Source: Bifidobacterium breve (GTDB lineage: Bacteria; Actinomycetota; Acidimicrobiia; Acidimicrobiales; Ilumatobacteraceae). Taken from it: a stretch of 38,912 bases of DNA. Of this stretch, positions 1 through 10,132 are shown one piece after another. A model generated the notes under the pieces. The model had not been told where the DNA came from. It saw only the letters and a list, made by a program, of their open reading frames with translations, and did no database searches. The DNA lies in assembly GCA_945869715.1 (NCBI GenBank), contig CAMBPP010000001.1, forward strand, positions 1 to 38,912. The letters run 5' to 3'. Made by a program: the position numbers and the translations under genes. How positions within the stretch are numbered: position 1 is the first letter of the stretch; each line of letters begins with the position of its first letter.

Positions 1-146
1 TCAAACCACACCATCAACATGGTTGCAACAAGGCCAATAACAAAAACGACCAATACTTTGAGTATGACAATGAAGAGAGGCGTCCACAAAAGACCTCCAT
101 CAAATAGTGGGTCAATTCCTAAAAGTGAACGAGCTACTGCAATCAC
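1..146 (-). CDS. nuoH: NADH-quinone oxidoreductase subunit H, N-terminal fragment (continues off the left edge)
   Basis: Too short for the ORF track. A minus-strand GTG at 146 overlaps the nuoG TGA (GTGA). Translation VIAVARSLLGIDPLFDGGLLWTPLFIVILKVLVVFVIGLVATMLMVWFE.. is hydrophobic and resembles a NuoH N-terminus. The nuoA-G gene order predicts nuoH at this position. Confidence 0.75.
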   Translation of the reverse strand, partial: MIAVARSLLGIDPLFDGGLLWTPLFIVILKVLVVFVIGLVATMLMVWF

Positions 147-2458
147 GAGAGGTTCTCCACTCGAACATCGACAATGAGATCATCTGCATTGAGCAATTCG
201 CGAATATCGGTTCCGGGCTGGTTGAAAGGTACCCATGCCGTCCCTTTCAATACAGAATCATCAGCATGCAACGTCAAAATAACTGATTTAGACGACGCAG
301 AGACCTTTACATCTTTTCCGACGGGTGCTCCGATGCGCTCAATATCGCGGGAATTCAAATAGATGCCAGCACCAATACTGAGATGTGCAATTGACGGGCT
401 CGTTACCGTGCTCACCGCATTGTCATACATCTTGCGCGACACAACCAGCCGTAGGTCGTACGAATTACGTTCAGGAGCAGAACTTCCCACTACCGACAGA
501 ACTTGCAGAATTTCTGATGGTGCATCTATTGCTGTGAGATCATCAATAGATTCCACATCGATATCGGCACCAAGTTGCTCGGCCAATTCGGTTGCAATCA
601 TCCAATCGGGACGTGAAGTTCCTCGTGCAGTGATTTTTTGACTGAGGGGCAGTACACGACCTTCAAGGTTTGTTGTTGTTCCACCGCGTTCTGCATACGC
701 AGCCGCAGGAAGTACAACATCTGCCCGCAAAGTTGAAGCAGTAGGGAAAGTCTCGACTGCAATAATATTATGTGCGCTAGCTAATGCACGTCGTGCCAGA
801 TCGAGATCTGGAACATCAGACAGCGGATCTGCGCCAAGCAAAATGAGGCACTCAACGTGTCCGTCACTTGCTGCAGTGAGAATACTGCGGGCGTTATTAC
901 CTGCCGTCAGACCAGCAGTTGCTGCACCACGAATATTTCCGCGACGAAGAACAGGTAACACTGTTGCTGCAGGGAAAGCAGCGGCGATGGCATTATACGC
1001 CTGTGCTGTGAAATCGCTTGATTCGGCAAGGTTTGCGCGCCCTAAAACAACAACTACGTTTCCTTTGCCTAGCTGGGCCGCAATCTCGGTGTCGTTTAAT
1101 GCTGCATTCACTGCCGCAACTTGTGCGCCAGGTTCGTAGTTCACCGATTTCCATGCATACCGGGTGAGCCCTGAGGCTTTCGTGGTGAACTCAATGATTC
1201 GCGTGCGATTTTTAGTTGCAGCATCGCGCAACCGAAGATACAGAACCGGAAGCTCTTCTTTCAGGTCTGGGCTTAACAAAATAACAGTGGTTGCAGAAGT
1301 TGCATCATTAATTGTTGCTTGCGGCAAATTGAATACTTCTGTTGACAGACCATCATCAAGTTGCGCATCGTGCAACGTGATACCCAATTTGCTTGCCAGC
1401 ATCGCCCACGCACGAGCATCTTCATTAGCGAGTCGAGCTCCGCCCAGAATGGCAACGCTGTTTGCACCCTTAGAGCTCACTGCCAAGCGAATGGTTCGCG
1501 CCGCTGCTTCAAGGGCACTTGACCAAGAAGTGGGAACGAACGACTCGCCTACTCTCACGAGCGGCGTAGTGAACCGATCTTCACTATTGACTGATTCAAA
1601 ATTGAACCGACCACGATCGCACAGCCAACCCCAGTTGACTTCATCGTTGTCGTGACCTTGATAGCGCAATACTTGGTCGCGACTTGACTGAATAACAGTT
1701 GCGCAGCCTACTGAGCACGCAGTACACGTACTCTGTGTTTCTTCAAGGTCCCAGGGGCGAGCTTTAAAGCGATACGGCTTTGCAGTGAGCGCCCCAACCG
1801 GACAAATTTGAACCGTATTTCCCGAGAAGTAAGAAGCGAAAGGCTCGTCGGGGAACGTGAGTATCTGTGTGTTATTTCCACGATGCGTAAATGAGATGAG
1901 TGGGTCGCCAGCAACTTCACTGGCGAATCGCGTGCAACGATCACAGAGAATGCAGCGTTCACGATCGAGAAAAACTAAATCGCTAATAGCAATGGGCTTT
2001 TCGTAATGCCGTTTTTCTTCAACATAACGACTCTCGCCTGGACCATGAGAAAATGCCTGGTCTTGAAGTGGGCACTCACCACCTTTGTCGCACACTGGGC
2101 AGTCGAGTGGGTGATTCGCTAGAAGAAGTTCCAAAATTCCTTCTTGAGCTTTTTTCACTTGCTCGGTTTCTGTATGCACCACCTGCCCATCGGCAACAGG
2201 GGTCATGCAAGAGACCACCATCATCGGCCCACGAGGACCTTCCACTTCTACTAAACACTGGCGGCACATGCCGACTGGCTTCATGCGTGGGTGATAACAA
2301 AAACGAGGAATGAAATCACTTGTGCGATCGGCTGCCGCAATGATGAGCTCACCTTTACGCGCAGCAACTGTTTTGCCGTTAATAGTGAGGCTCACTGCAT
2401 TGGGGTCAATGACGACTTCGGTTTCCACTTGGTCAGGTGTTGATTCTGTGGTGCTCAT
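143..2458 (-). CDS. nuoG: NADH-quinone oxidoreductase subunit G (75-kDa Fe-S subunit)
   Basis: 771-aa ORF. N-terminal 2Fe-2S ferredoxin fold (CYHPRMKPVGMCRQC), then HPLDCPVCDKGGEC and CILCDRCTRF cluster motifs, then a molybdopterin-oxidoreductase-like C-terminal part. ATGA overlap with the nuoF stop. Confidence 0.95.
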   Translation of the reverse strand: MSTTESTPDQVETEVVIDPNAVSLTINGKTVAARKGELIIAAADRTSDFIPRFCYHPRMKPVGMCRQCLVEVEGPRGPMMVVSCMTPVADGQVVHTETEQVKKAQEGILELLLANHPLDCPVCDKGGECPLQDQAFSHGPGESRYVEEKRHYEKPIAISDLVFLDRERCILCDRCTRFASEVAGDPLISFTHRGNNTQILTFPDEPFASYFSGNTVQICPVGALTAKPYRFKARPWDLEETQSTCTACSVGCATVIQSSRDQVLRYQGHDNDEVNWGWLCDRGRFNFESVNSEDRFTTPLVRVGESFVPTSWSSALEAAARTIRLAVSSKGANSVAILGGARLANEDARAWAMLASKLGITLHDAQLDDGLSTEVFNLPQATINDATSATTVILLSPDLKEELPVLYLRLRDAATKNRTRIIEFTTKASGLTRYAWKSVNYEPGAQVAAVNAALNDTEIAAQLGKGNVVVVLGRANLAESSDFTAQAYNAIAAAFPAATVLPVLRRGNIRGAATAGLTAGNNARSILTAASDGHVECLILLGADPLSDVPDLDLARRALASAHNIIAVETFPTASTLRADVVLPAAAYAERGGTTTNLEGRVLPLSQKITARGTSRPDWMIATELAEQLGADIDVESIDDLTAIDAPSEILQVLSVVGSSAPERNSYDLRLVVSRKMYDNAVSTVTSPSIAHLSIGAGIYLNSRDIERIGAPVGKDVKVSASSKSVILTLHADDSVLKGTAWVPFNQPGTDIRELLNADDLIVDVRVENLS

Positions 2459-3870
2459 GATGCGTGTCCTGTTGCGCTGCTTGCTGCTGCAGTGACCGGA
2501 ATTCGTTTACGCGTGGTGACACGTGCTTCAAACTCACTGCGAAACAAAGTAAGAGCAGAGTGAACGGGCGCATACGCCGATGGACCCACAAAACAAATGG
2601 TTGTCATCTTGTACGGGAATGGAACTGCTGCTAACCCAAGGTCGGCATTCGATGCGTGTGGGAAATCGCCTGGGCAAATACTGCTTCCCACTTCAACGAG
2701 TTGGTCGAGGTCGGCATCGGTTCCAGTGCCTTCAACAACGCGCGTCAAAATACGCTCGAGCCAAGTTCCGCCTTCGCGACAAGGTGTGCATTTGCCACAC
2801 GATTCATGGGCATAAAAACGCGTCAGCGTTAATGCAGCAGCAGGAATATCGGTAGTTTCATCCATCACCATAATTGCGCCAGAACCAAGCATTGAACCCG
2901 CTGGGCCTACTTGACTTGCTTCAAAAGGCAAGTCGAGTTGGTCGGGTGTGAACCATGGTGCGGACCCGCCGCCTGGTACAAAAGCTTTCAACTTATTGTC
3001 GTTACGAATTCCACCACAGAATTCTTCTCCATACAAAAGATCTCTGAATGTGGTGACACCATTAATAATTTCAAACACACCTGGTCGTTTCACATGTCCG
3101 GAAACTGCGACCATACGTGTACCAGGAGATGTTTTTGTACCGATTGCTGTGTACGCCTCGGAACCATTGCACAAGAGCCATGGCAGGTTTGCGAGCGTTT
3201 CCACATTGTTGACAATGGTGGGCTGACCATACAGACCATTTGCAGCCGGGAAAAATGGCGGCTTCAACCGCGGCATACCGCGGTTGCCTTCAAGGCTTTC
3301 AATGAGCGCGGTTTCTTCTCCGACAACATATGCGCCTGCACCCCAGTGCAAAACAATGTCGACAGAGAATTTTGTTCCCAAAATATTTTTACCTACGAAA
3401 CCCGCTGCATAAGCCTCGTTTAAGGCTGCAGCCATGCGCTCTTGAGCTAGGGCCATTTCACCACGTATATATAGGAAGCAACGTGACAACCCTGCGGCGT
3501 AGCACGCAATGAGGCAGCCCTCAATAAGTTGATGCGGATCGCGCTCCATGAGCAGACGATCTTTGTACGTGCCGGGTTCACTTTCATCGCCGTTCACTAC
3601 TAAGTATCGCGGCCACACTTCTTGTGGAGTTAGACCCCACTTTGTTCCAGCAGGGAATCCGGCACCACCACGACCAAGAACTGTTGCGTTCCTTACCTCG
3701 TCGTGCACACTGGCTGCAGGTTGCGACAAAGCTGCTCGTAAACCTGCATAGCCATTGGTCGCTAAATAGCGTTCAATGGTGTACGAATCGGCAAATTCGA
3801 AACGTGAAGTAACAATTTTCGGACGATCACCAGCCACGAAACCAGGAGCATGTGCGTAGGTACTAGTCAT
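2455..3870 (-). CDS. nuoF: NADH-quinone oxidoreductase subunit F (NADH/FMN-binding)
   Basis: GRGGAGFPAGTKWG FMN/NADH motif and ESCGKCTPCREG 4Fe-4S motif. Start placed at the ATG at 3870, which overlaps the nuoE TGA (ATGA). The ORF-track start at 3894 is an in-frame alternative. Confidence 0.92.
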   Translation of the reverse strand: MTSTYAHAPGFVAGDRPKIVTSRFEFADSYTIERYLATNGYAGLRAALSQPAASVHDEVRNATVLGRGGAGFPAGTKWGLTPQEVWPRYLVVNGDESEPGTYKDRLLMERDPHQLIEGCLIACYAAGLSRCFLYIRGEMALAQERMAAALNEAYAAGFVGKNILGTKFSVDIVLHWGAGAYVVGEETALIESLEGNRGMPRLKPPFFPAANGLYGQPTIVNNVETLANLPWLLCNGSEAYTAIGTKTSPGTRMVAVSGHVKRPGVFEIINGVTTFRDLLYGEEFCGGIRNDNKLKAFVPGGGSAPWFTPDQLDLPFEASQVGPAGSMLGSGAIMVMDETTDIPAAALTLTRFYAHESCGKCTPCREGGTWLERILTRVVEGTGTDADLDQLVEVGSSICPGDFPHASNADLGLAAVPFPYKMTTICFVGPSAYAPVHSALTLFRSEFEARVTTRKRIPVTAAASSATGHAS

Positions 3871-4481
3871 AATGCAGACTTTCCGTCTAGCCATTCAGGC
3901 GATTCGTTTACTTTTTCAGGAGCCACTGCTCCAACACCACGGTCCGCAGGAATGTGCTGACGCACCGTTGCCAAAACTCCGTGAGAAGGAATTTCATCGG
4001 CAAGTTTTCCTGCTGCAAGGTCATCGATGAGTGTGTCGAGTTCTGCAGGAGTCATTTTAAATCGGTACCGATAGTTCACCTGCAAGCACGGAGCTTCAGT
4101 GCAGGCCGCTTGGCATTCAGCATGTTCCAATGTAATAAGACCATCGGGAGTAGTGCTTCCTGCCTTGATACCAAGTCGCTTCTCGGCATGATGCATGAGT
4201 TCCTCGGAGCCCATGAGCGCACACGACATGGTTCCACATATGTTGAGGAGATACTTCCCTACTGGTTCAAACTTGAACATCTCGTAGAACGAAGCGGTTC
4301 CGAATACTTCTGCAGAAGTTACTCCTACAAGATCAGCAATGTGCTTCATGGCATCTTGTGCAACATAACCATCTTGCTCTTGAGCAAGATGCAAGATGGG
4401 AATGAGTGCAGACTTCGGGCGTGGGTAACGCCCAATAATTTCGTATGCAATTGCAACATTTGCATCGGTGAGACGGCTCAT
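3867..4481 (-). CDS. nuoE: NADH-quinone oxidoreductase subunit E (24-kDa 2Fe-2S)
   Basis: Contains ICGTMSCALMG ... ECQAACTEAPC, the NuoE 2Fe-2S cysteine pattern. ATGA overlap with the nuoD stop. Confidence 0.93.
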   Translation of the reverse strand: MSRLTDANVAIAYEIIGRYPRPKSALIPILHLAQEQDGYVAQDAMKHIADLVGVTSAEVFGTASFYEMFKFEPVGKYLLNICGTMSCALMGSEELMHHAEKRLGIKAGSTTPDGLITLEHAECQAACTEAPCLQVNYRYRFKMTPAELDTLIDDLAAGKLADEIPSHGVLATVRQHIPADRGVGAVAPEKVNESPEWLDGKSAL

Positions 4482-5821
4482 CGGTCGACTTCTCCCAACA
4501 CTGGATCAATGGAAGAAATGACAGCCACTGCGTCGGCAATAAGGCCGTCGCGCATCATATGTGGCAGTGCTTGAATATTGACGAACGACGGAGCACGCAT
4601 GTGTAATCGATATGGTTTTGGCGAGCCGTCACTGACGATATAGCAACCAATTTCGCCACGCGGACTTTCAATGCCTACGTACACTTCACCTTCAGGCACT
4701 TTGAAACCTTCGGTGAAAATTTTGAAGTGGTGAATAAGGGCTTCCATTGACTCATCGATGCGAGCACGTGGTGGTGGAGTCACTTTTTTATCTTGAATGC
4801 GATAGTCACCCGATGGCATCTTGTCGAGCACTTGATACACGATCTTCATTGATTCACGAATTTCATTAAGGCGAATTGCATAGCGGTCAAATGAGTCTCC
4901 GTACGAACCAACAATGACGTCGAATTCAACTTCTTTGTATTTCAGATACGGAAGATCACGGCGTAGGTCCCAGGCAACACCAGTGGAGCGCAAGATTGGC
5001 CCAGATGCGCCGAGAGCAACTGCTTCTTCTGCAGTAATGACACCAACACCTTGTAAACGCTCACGCCAGATGGGTTGGTTGGTCATGAGGATGTCGTATT
5101 CGGCCAAACGTGATGGCAAGCCTTCCAAGATGGTGAGCACATCATCTCGCCAACCAGCTGGTAGGTCTGCAGCAAGGCCACCAGGACGAATGAAGTTATG
5201 GTTCATTCGTAGGCCAGTTACTTTTTGGAAAAACCGCAACACTTCTTCGCGCTCGCGCCAACCATAAATCATCATGGAAACGGCACCCATGTCCATGCCG
5301 TTTGTGGCCATGAATAAAAGGTGGCTACTCATGCGATTGAGTTCAGATAGCAACATGCGCATCCATGTAGCGCGCTCCGGAATATCGCCATCAATTCCCA
5401 ATAGTTTTTCTACTGCAAGGGAGAACACCAACTCATTGTTCAATGGTGAGACATAGTCCATGCGAGTGACGTTGGTACCACCTTGCATAAAGGTGAGCTC
5501 CTCAGCCTGCTTTTCCATGCCTGTGTGTAGATAGCCAATGATGGGTTTGCAGCGCAATACCTTTTCACCTTGGAGTTCAAGCATCAAGCGCAAAACACCA
5601 TGGGTGCTTGGGTGTTGTGGCCCCATGTTGATGATCATGGTTTGTTCTTCATCGTTTTCAACAGGACTGCTGGTGAGCTCTGAAGCTGCCTTTTCGCTCA
5701 TGCGTAATACGGAACCGACTTCACGAAGAACTTCTTTTGCGGTGAGTTCACTACGTGAACGCATTTCTTGTGGGCCTTCTCCTGTTGCTGCCGGTGTTCC
5801 AGCAATGAGATCGCTTGTCAT
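4478..5821 (-). CDS. nuoD: NADH-quinone oxidoreductase subunit D (49-kDa)
   Basis: 447-aa ORF with NMGPQHPSTHGVLRL and a C-terminal ..SIDPVLGEVDR, both typical of NuoD. ATGA overlap with nuoC. Confidence 0.95.
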   Translation of the reverse strand: MTSDLIAGTPAATGEGPQEMRSRSELTAKEVLREVGSVLRMSEKAASELTSSPVENDEEQTMIINMGPQHPSTHGVLRLMLELQGEKVLRCKPIIGYLHTGMEKQAEELTFMQGGTNVTRMDYVSPLNNELVFSLAVEKLLGIDGDIPERATWMRMLLSELNRMSSHLLFMATNGMDMGAVSMMIYGWREREEVLRFFQKVTGLRMNHNFIRPGGLAADLPAGWRDDVLTILEGLPSRLAEYDILMTNQPIWRERLQGVGVITAEEAVALGASGPILRSTGVAWDLRRDLPYLKYKEVEFDVIVGSYGDSFDRYAIRLNEIRESMKIVYQVLDKMPSGDYRIQDKKVTPPPRARIDESMEALIHHFKIFTEGFKVPEGEVYVGIESPRGEIGCYIVSDGSPKPYRLHMRAPSFVNIQALPHMMRDGLIADAVAVISSIDPVLGEVDR

Positions 5822-6327
5822 GATGGAGCACCTTTAAATTGCACGGGAATTCGCCCAACTGAAAAATCTTTACGAAGTGGATGTCCTTCCCAGTCTTCAG
5901 GCATCAAAATACGTGATGGGTCGGGGTGTCCTTCGAATTCAATACCAAACATGTCGAATACTTCTCGTTCCATCGCTTCAGTTCCTGGGAACAAGTCAAA
6001 TGCTGTGGGTATTGTTGCTTCACTTTCGGCAATTTGAACACGCAAACGCAAGCGCTCGCGCCTTTCTAATGAAATGAGATTAAGAACGATTTCAAAACGT
6101 TCGCCGCTGATATCCGATGGGAGCTGCCGATTTGTTAATGCATAGGTGAGAAAATCGACTGCGGTGAGGTCGGTGCACATGGTGAAAGAGTCATCGATGG
6201 CCTTCTTCAGCGTTGCAATATAATTTCCACGCGATGCGTGAATTACTTTTTCGCCGCGCGAATAGGTGACAACGCACCCATACAGCTGCTCTGCAGGCGC
6301 AGGGGAATCTACGACTTCATCACTCAC
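5818..6327 (-). CDS. nuoC: NADH-quinone oxidoreductase subunit C (30-kDa)
   Basis: Contains EREVFDMFGIEFEGHPDPSRILMPEDWEGHPLRKDF, a NuoC signature. Lies between nuoB and nuoD. Confidence 0.9.
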   Translation of the reverse strand: MSDEVVDSPAPAEQLYGCVVTYSRGEKVIHASRGNYIATLKKAIDDSFTMCTDLTAVDFLTYALTNRQLPSDISGERFEIVLNLISLERRERLRLRVQIAESEATIPTAFDLFPGTEAMEREVFDMFGIEFEGHPDPSRILMPEDWEGHPLRKDFSVGRIPVQFKGAPS

Positions 6328-6330
6328 GGT

Positions 6331-6918
6331 TTAACGTACCCCAAGAACGATGGGCGTAATTGTTGTGCCCGCTGCAATTTCGGTGATGTGCACATTTGCA
6401 CCAGCACCAGTTGCAGCACGACGACGCATAATTTCACCATCTTCAATGAGTTGATGCAGCGTTTCAATTGCGTGAATGAGAGTTTCAGGTGTTGGCGGGC
6501 AGCCTGGCGCATACACATCGACAGGAACAATTTGGTCGACACCCTGGACAATTGCGTAGTTGTTGAACATGCCACCTGTTGATGCACATACACCCATGGA
6601 AATGACCCACTTTGGTTCCATCATTTGGTCGTATACCTGACGCATAACGGGAGCCATTTTTTGGCTCACGCGCCCTGCCACAATCATGATGTCGGCTTGA
6701 CGTGGGGAAGCACGAAACACTTCCATTCCAAATCGAGCAAGGTCATAGTGCGCCGCACCTGTTCCCATCATTTCAATTGCACAGCATGCAAGACCAAAGG
6801 TTGCTGCCCACGAAGAACGTGAACGAGACCATTTCACAAGATCTTCAATACGACCCGTGAGGAAGTTATGTTCAAGCCCACCTAAACCATCGTCCAGAAC
6901 GTCACGTACTAATGCCAT
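6331..6918 (-). CDS. nuoB: NADH-quinone oxidoreductase subunit B (PSST, N2 cluster)
   Basis: Contains [11 protein letters not shown] ... [11 protein letters not shown] ... [10 protein letters not shown], the conserved NuoB cysteines. Confidence 0.95.
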   Translation of the reverse strand: MALVRDVLDDGLGGLEHNFLTGRIEDLVKWSRSRSSWAATFGLACCAIEMMGTGAAHYDLARFGMEVFRASPRQADIMIVAGRVSQKMAPVMRQVYDQMMEPKWVISMGVCASTGGMFNNYAIVQGVDQIVPVDVYAPGCPPTPETLIHAIETLHQLIEDGEIMRRRAATGAGANVHITEIAAGTTITPIVLGVR

Positions 6919-7391
6919 TACGCTGCAATCTCCGTTTCGCGACCATCGCTACCTACGCGACGAATAGTTGAGGTAACTGTGCGACTTGATGAGACAACAT
7001 CGGTGAGATGGTCATCTACGCGACGTCCGCTCTTCAGTGGGCCCCAGTCGAGAGCTCCACGTGCAACTACGTACACGAACGTCACAAAGAAAATGGAACT
7101 GAATGTGAGCATTTCAAAAAATCCGTACGAACCAAGAAATTCTCTGTCGACTGCGTATGGATAGACGAAAATAATTTCGATATCAAACATGATGAAGAGC
7201 ATTGCAACAATATAAAAAGACACTGGGAACCGCTGCGGGTTATCACGACTCGGCACAATGCCACATTCATATGGTGCTTCTTTAGCCGCATTGCCTCTAT
7301 TCGGCGCGAGTAAACGTGATGCCACCAAACTGAGAACCCCAAATAGAGTTGCCAATATTGTTAATGCGAGTATCGGAAGATACTGCCCCAT
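6918..7391 (-). CDS. nuoA: NADH-quinone oxidoreductase subunit A, with a roughly 35-aa hydrophilic C-terminal extension
   Basis: Three hydrophobic helices and the YECGI motif. One-nt overlap with the nuoB start. The C-terminal tail ..[39 protein letters not shown] is longer than I expect for NuoA. Confidence 0.9.
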   Translation of the reverse strand: MGQYLPILALTILATLFGVLSLVASRLLAPNRGNAAKEAPYECGIVPSRDNPQRFPVSFYIVAMLFIMFDIEIIFVYPYAVDREFLGSYGFFEMLTFSSIFFVTFVYVVARGALDWGPLKSGRRVDDHLTDVVSSSRTVTSTIRRVGSDGRETEIAA

Positions 7392-7394
7392 GGT

Positions 7395-8219
7395 TTAAAC
7401 CTTCGCCGAGTTCAACTCACCCGTTGCATTCGCCAAAACAAAACGGTCACGGCGATGGAGCAACCAGCACAAAATGCCGAAAATTAAAGATGAACCTAAG
7501 GTAATGAAAATCGCTGGCTGACGCTTTGTACCAAGATCACGAATCATCAACAAATAACGGTGTGGTTGTGATGAATCAATGACCGGCTTTGCAGGTGCAC
7601 GAGCAGGCTCAGTGCGCTGTGGGAGCAGTGGAGCAATTTCTACAAGTGCATAGCGTGGTGCATGGAAAAACGCAAGGAAGTCAAGCGAATCATTAATTTT
7701 CGGTGATCGCTCACCACCGCGGTCGTAAACCGACAAAGTGAGATATTCACCAGCACCAAATTCCTTCGCCTTATTTTGGATGATGTCGTCTGCAGATGCG
7801 GCTGCTTGGCCCCGGCGTGGGTCGGCGTCGTCGAGTCGTACCCATTCTTCCGCTTCAAGTTGCTTCTTGACCGTTGCAGCCACTTCTGTAGGCGACGCAC
7901 CAGCTGCAACTTTGATGGGTATGTCAATGACTTCAGCACTACTTAATAAAGTGCCATCTCGAATGATGGATATCGGAGTAGCTGGTTTCCATGTTGGTTC
8001 ACGACCTTTTAAGCCAATGCCGTAAACCCACCACACCGCGCCCATCATTGCCATCCAACCAAAAAGAGCAGCAAATGATACGAGTACTCCTAAACGAGCA
8101 CCTAGGTTGGTGCCGATAACAAGGTAGGTACCTCCGCATAACGTAAGGAACATACAGAGCACCACGATGATGCCACGAATTTCTGGATCCCAACTGACAG
8201 CAAACAAAGCAGAAAGCAT
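7395..8219 (-). CDS. Membrane protein of unknown function: N-terminal TM helices, roughly 150-aa extracytoplasmic domain, C-terminal TM helix
   Basis: 274-aa ORF lying 3 nt upstream of nuoA, overlapping the stop of the cytochrome c gene by 1 nt. Clear hydrophobic segments (IIVVLCMFLTLCGGTYLVIG, VLVSFAALFGWMAMMGAVWWVYGI, IFITLGSSLIFGILCWLL). I recognise no family motif. Confidence 0.72.
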   Translation of the reverse strand: MLSALFAVSWDPEIRGIIVVLCMFLTLCGGTYLVIGTNLGARLGVLVSFAALFGWMAMMGAVWWVYGIGLKGREPTWKPATPISIIRDGTLLSSAEVIDIPIKVAAGASPTEVAATVKKQLEAEEWVRLDDADPRRGQAAASADDIIQNKAKEFGAGEYLTLSVYDRGGERSPKINDSLDFLAFFHAPRYALVEIAPLLPQRTEPARAPAKPVIDSSQPHRYLLMIRDLGTKRQPAIFITLGSSLIFGILCWLLHRRDRFVLANATGELNSAKV

Positions 8220-9280
8220 CAGAGGCTCCTCACATATTCCACAATGGACTTAATTTGTTCATCGCTATAGATGCCGCCAAAACCAGGCATGCGTCCGCCG
8301 CCTTGACCTTGCTCACCATATTTCTTTCCGTACTCTGACCCACCCTTAATGAAAGTGATCATGTCATCTTGATTAGGGAATTGGCGAATGCTTGAACCGC
8401 CGGTGAGGTTAGGACCGAAGGCCCCGCCGCCGGTGACTTGTGGGTCCCCGTACGACCAACCCTTGGTCTGGCAACGTGCACATGCATACGCGCCACCATT
8501 GAGATCGAGGTTGAAGAGTGCTTCCCCTACAGATTTATACGCGCCGCTCTTCACTAAACGCACAGCCTCTGCCTGAAATTCCTTTTGTGCTACAACCGGC
8601 ATTTTCCCGCCAATGCAAGTACGCGAATCGTCATTTGGGTTATCGCAATTTTCGCGTGGCACCTGAATAGTGCGGAGATAAACAATGAGGTTGTCGATCT
8701 GCTGCTCATTCATTGGACCACCGCCCACAAGACCCCATGGCGACATTGGAGAAAACGGACGACCGTACTCCAAAATAAAGCGCACCTCAGACTCGCTGAA
8801 CCGGTGATACACGTTATTGATTGCAGGCGCTTTCCAAGTAACCGACTTCACTTCTCCAGTTTTCACGTCGGTAATGGCAAATGGAGCACTGCCACCAATT
8901 CCTTTCATGCCACCATGGCAACCTGCACAGTTAAAGCCACCTTCGGCGGTTGGTGCAAAAAGTTTCGAACCCCAATCTGCGAAGCGCTTGTCGAATCCTC
9001 GTGCTGCACCTTCTTGACGACCAGGTTCAAGCACCCAATACAAAGGAAGTGACACTGTGATGATGGCAAGAAAAGCTAAACCCAGTAGTTGAGTTCGCTC
9101 AATTTTCTTACCTTCAAGAATTTCATCGTCGTAGTAAACCTTACGGTTTGCGGCGAGTTCAATTTCTGAACCGAGTTCACGACGTGAACTACGAATGTTG
9201 AAGAGCCCGTAGAGAACCCACCCGACGAGAACAATTGCAAAGATGATCCATGCGATGTTTGTGGTTGTTGCTGCAATCAT
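8219..9280 (-). CDS. Membrane-anchored two-domain class-I cytochrome c. Domain 1 has CAGCH; domain 2 reads CARCQ
   Basis: Two N-terminal TM helices, then two cytochrome-c-like domains. Domain 1: NCAGCHGG with downstream Met candidates (SPMSPWG, GPMNEQQ). Domain 2: YACARCQTKGW with GRMPGF. Occupies the position of the cytochrome c subunit of a Rieske/cyt b complex. Confidence 0.85.
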   Translation of the reverse strand: MIAATTTNIAWIIFAIVLVGWVLYGLFNIRSSRRELGSEIELAANRKVYYDDEILEGKKIERTQLLGLAFLAIITVSLPLYWVLEPGRQEGAARGFDKRFADWGSKLFAPTAEGGFNCAGCHGGMKGIGGSAPFAITDVKTGEVKSVTWKAPAINNVYHRFSESEVRFILEYGRPFSPMSPWGLVGGGPMNEQQIDNLIVYLRTIQVPRENCDNPNDDSRTCIGGKMPVVAQKEFQAEAVRLVKSGAYKSVGEALFNLDLNGGAYACARCQTKGWSYGDPQVTGGGAFGPNLTGGSSIRQFPNQDDMITFIKGGSEYGKKYGEQGQGGGRMPGFGGIYSDEQIKSIVEYVRSL

Positions 9281-9282
9281 TA

Positions 9283-10122
9283 TTAGTGACCTCCGCCAAC
9301 GCAGTGGGGGCCTTCAGCTTCTTGACCGGTGGTGTTAGTTCCGATGGGAGCACCACCAAATACTGCACCCGTATCGATAACAAGAACGCCATTATTTATC
9401 GCTACACCAAAATGGTCCATACCACGAGGTGCCGGACCACCTTTTTTTTCACCAACACGGTTGTATTGCGAACCATGGCAAGGGCACTCAAACCACTGTG
9501 AGCTCTTGCATTCAGGAACTCGACAACCAAGGTGCGGACACTTTTGGTACAACGCCACAACGCCAGCTTCCATACCTGCATAAACAGGAGCTTGGTTGCC
9601 GTAAACAGGTGCAGCTTTTGATAGTGCGTCTTTCGGGTATTCAGTGACCCACGCACGCGCTTCTGAAAGATACAAGAAACCCTTATTACTACGAATTGAC
9701 TGGATGACGTCATCGATTTTGCCAGCATTAATTTTTGAACCAAAACCGCCAGAAGCGCCCTTCCACAAAAACCCAACAAGCGAAGCGCCAAATCCTGCGA
9801 GGCTTGTGCTGAGCAGGATGACCGTTGCACGGTTGAAGAAACTGCGGCGAGTTTCGCCGAGTACTTCTATATCGGGTGCAACCCACTGCTCAATTTCTGC
9901 TGGCGCAGGAATAACAAGTTCGGTAGATGACACGGTTGCCGCTGCTTCAAATGCGCGACCCGTTGGAACAGATGCCGTTGCGCTCTTGTCGCGCTTTTTT
10001 GTTTCGCGCGAGAGTGCACCCGCGCCGCGAACACCTGTTTTGCGCGATGCTGTAACAAAAACCGAACCGCCTAAAACTGCAATTGCAACTACAGCTAAAG
10101 CAATGATGAGAGAAGTGCTCAT
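9283..10122 (-). CDS. qcrA: Rieske 2Fe-2S subunit of a Rieske/cytochrome b complex
   Basis: CPHLGCRV ... CPCHGSQY cluster-binding boxes. A twin-arginine-like TRRSFFNRA precedes a TM segment, and there is one additional N-terminal TM helix. Confidence 0.9.
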   Translation of the reverse strand: MSTSLIIALAVVAIAVLGGSVFVTASRKTGVRGAGALSRETKKRDKSATASVPTGRAFEAAATVSSTELVIPAPAEIEQWVAPDIEVLGETRRSFFNRATVILLSTSLAGFGASLVGFLWKGASGGFGSKINAGKIDDVIQSIRSNKGFLYLSEARAWVTEYPKDALSKAAPVYGNQAPVYAGMEAGVVALYQKCPHLGCRVPECKSSQWFECPCHGSQYNRVGEKKGGPAPRGMDHFGVAINNGVLVIDTGAVFGGAPIGTNTTGQEAEGPHCVGGGH

Positions 10123-10132
10123 GATGTGATCC

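Noticed and set aside
3954-4574. Long ORFs antisense to well-supported genes. Examples: 3954..4574 (+, 206 aa), 12227..12763 (+, 178 aa), 14536..15051 (+), 33418..34248 (+, 276 aa), 34911..35525 (+, 204 aa), 9644..10129 (+).
   Set aside because: Each lies opposite a gene with unmistakable family motifs (nuoE/D, hemL, amidohydrolase, RidA and others). Their products are Ser/Arg/Cys/Pro-rich low-complexity strings without recognisable motifs, which is typical of shadow ORFs.
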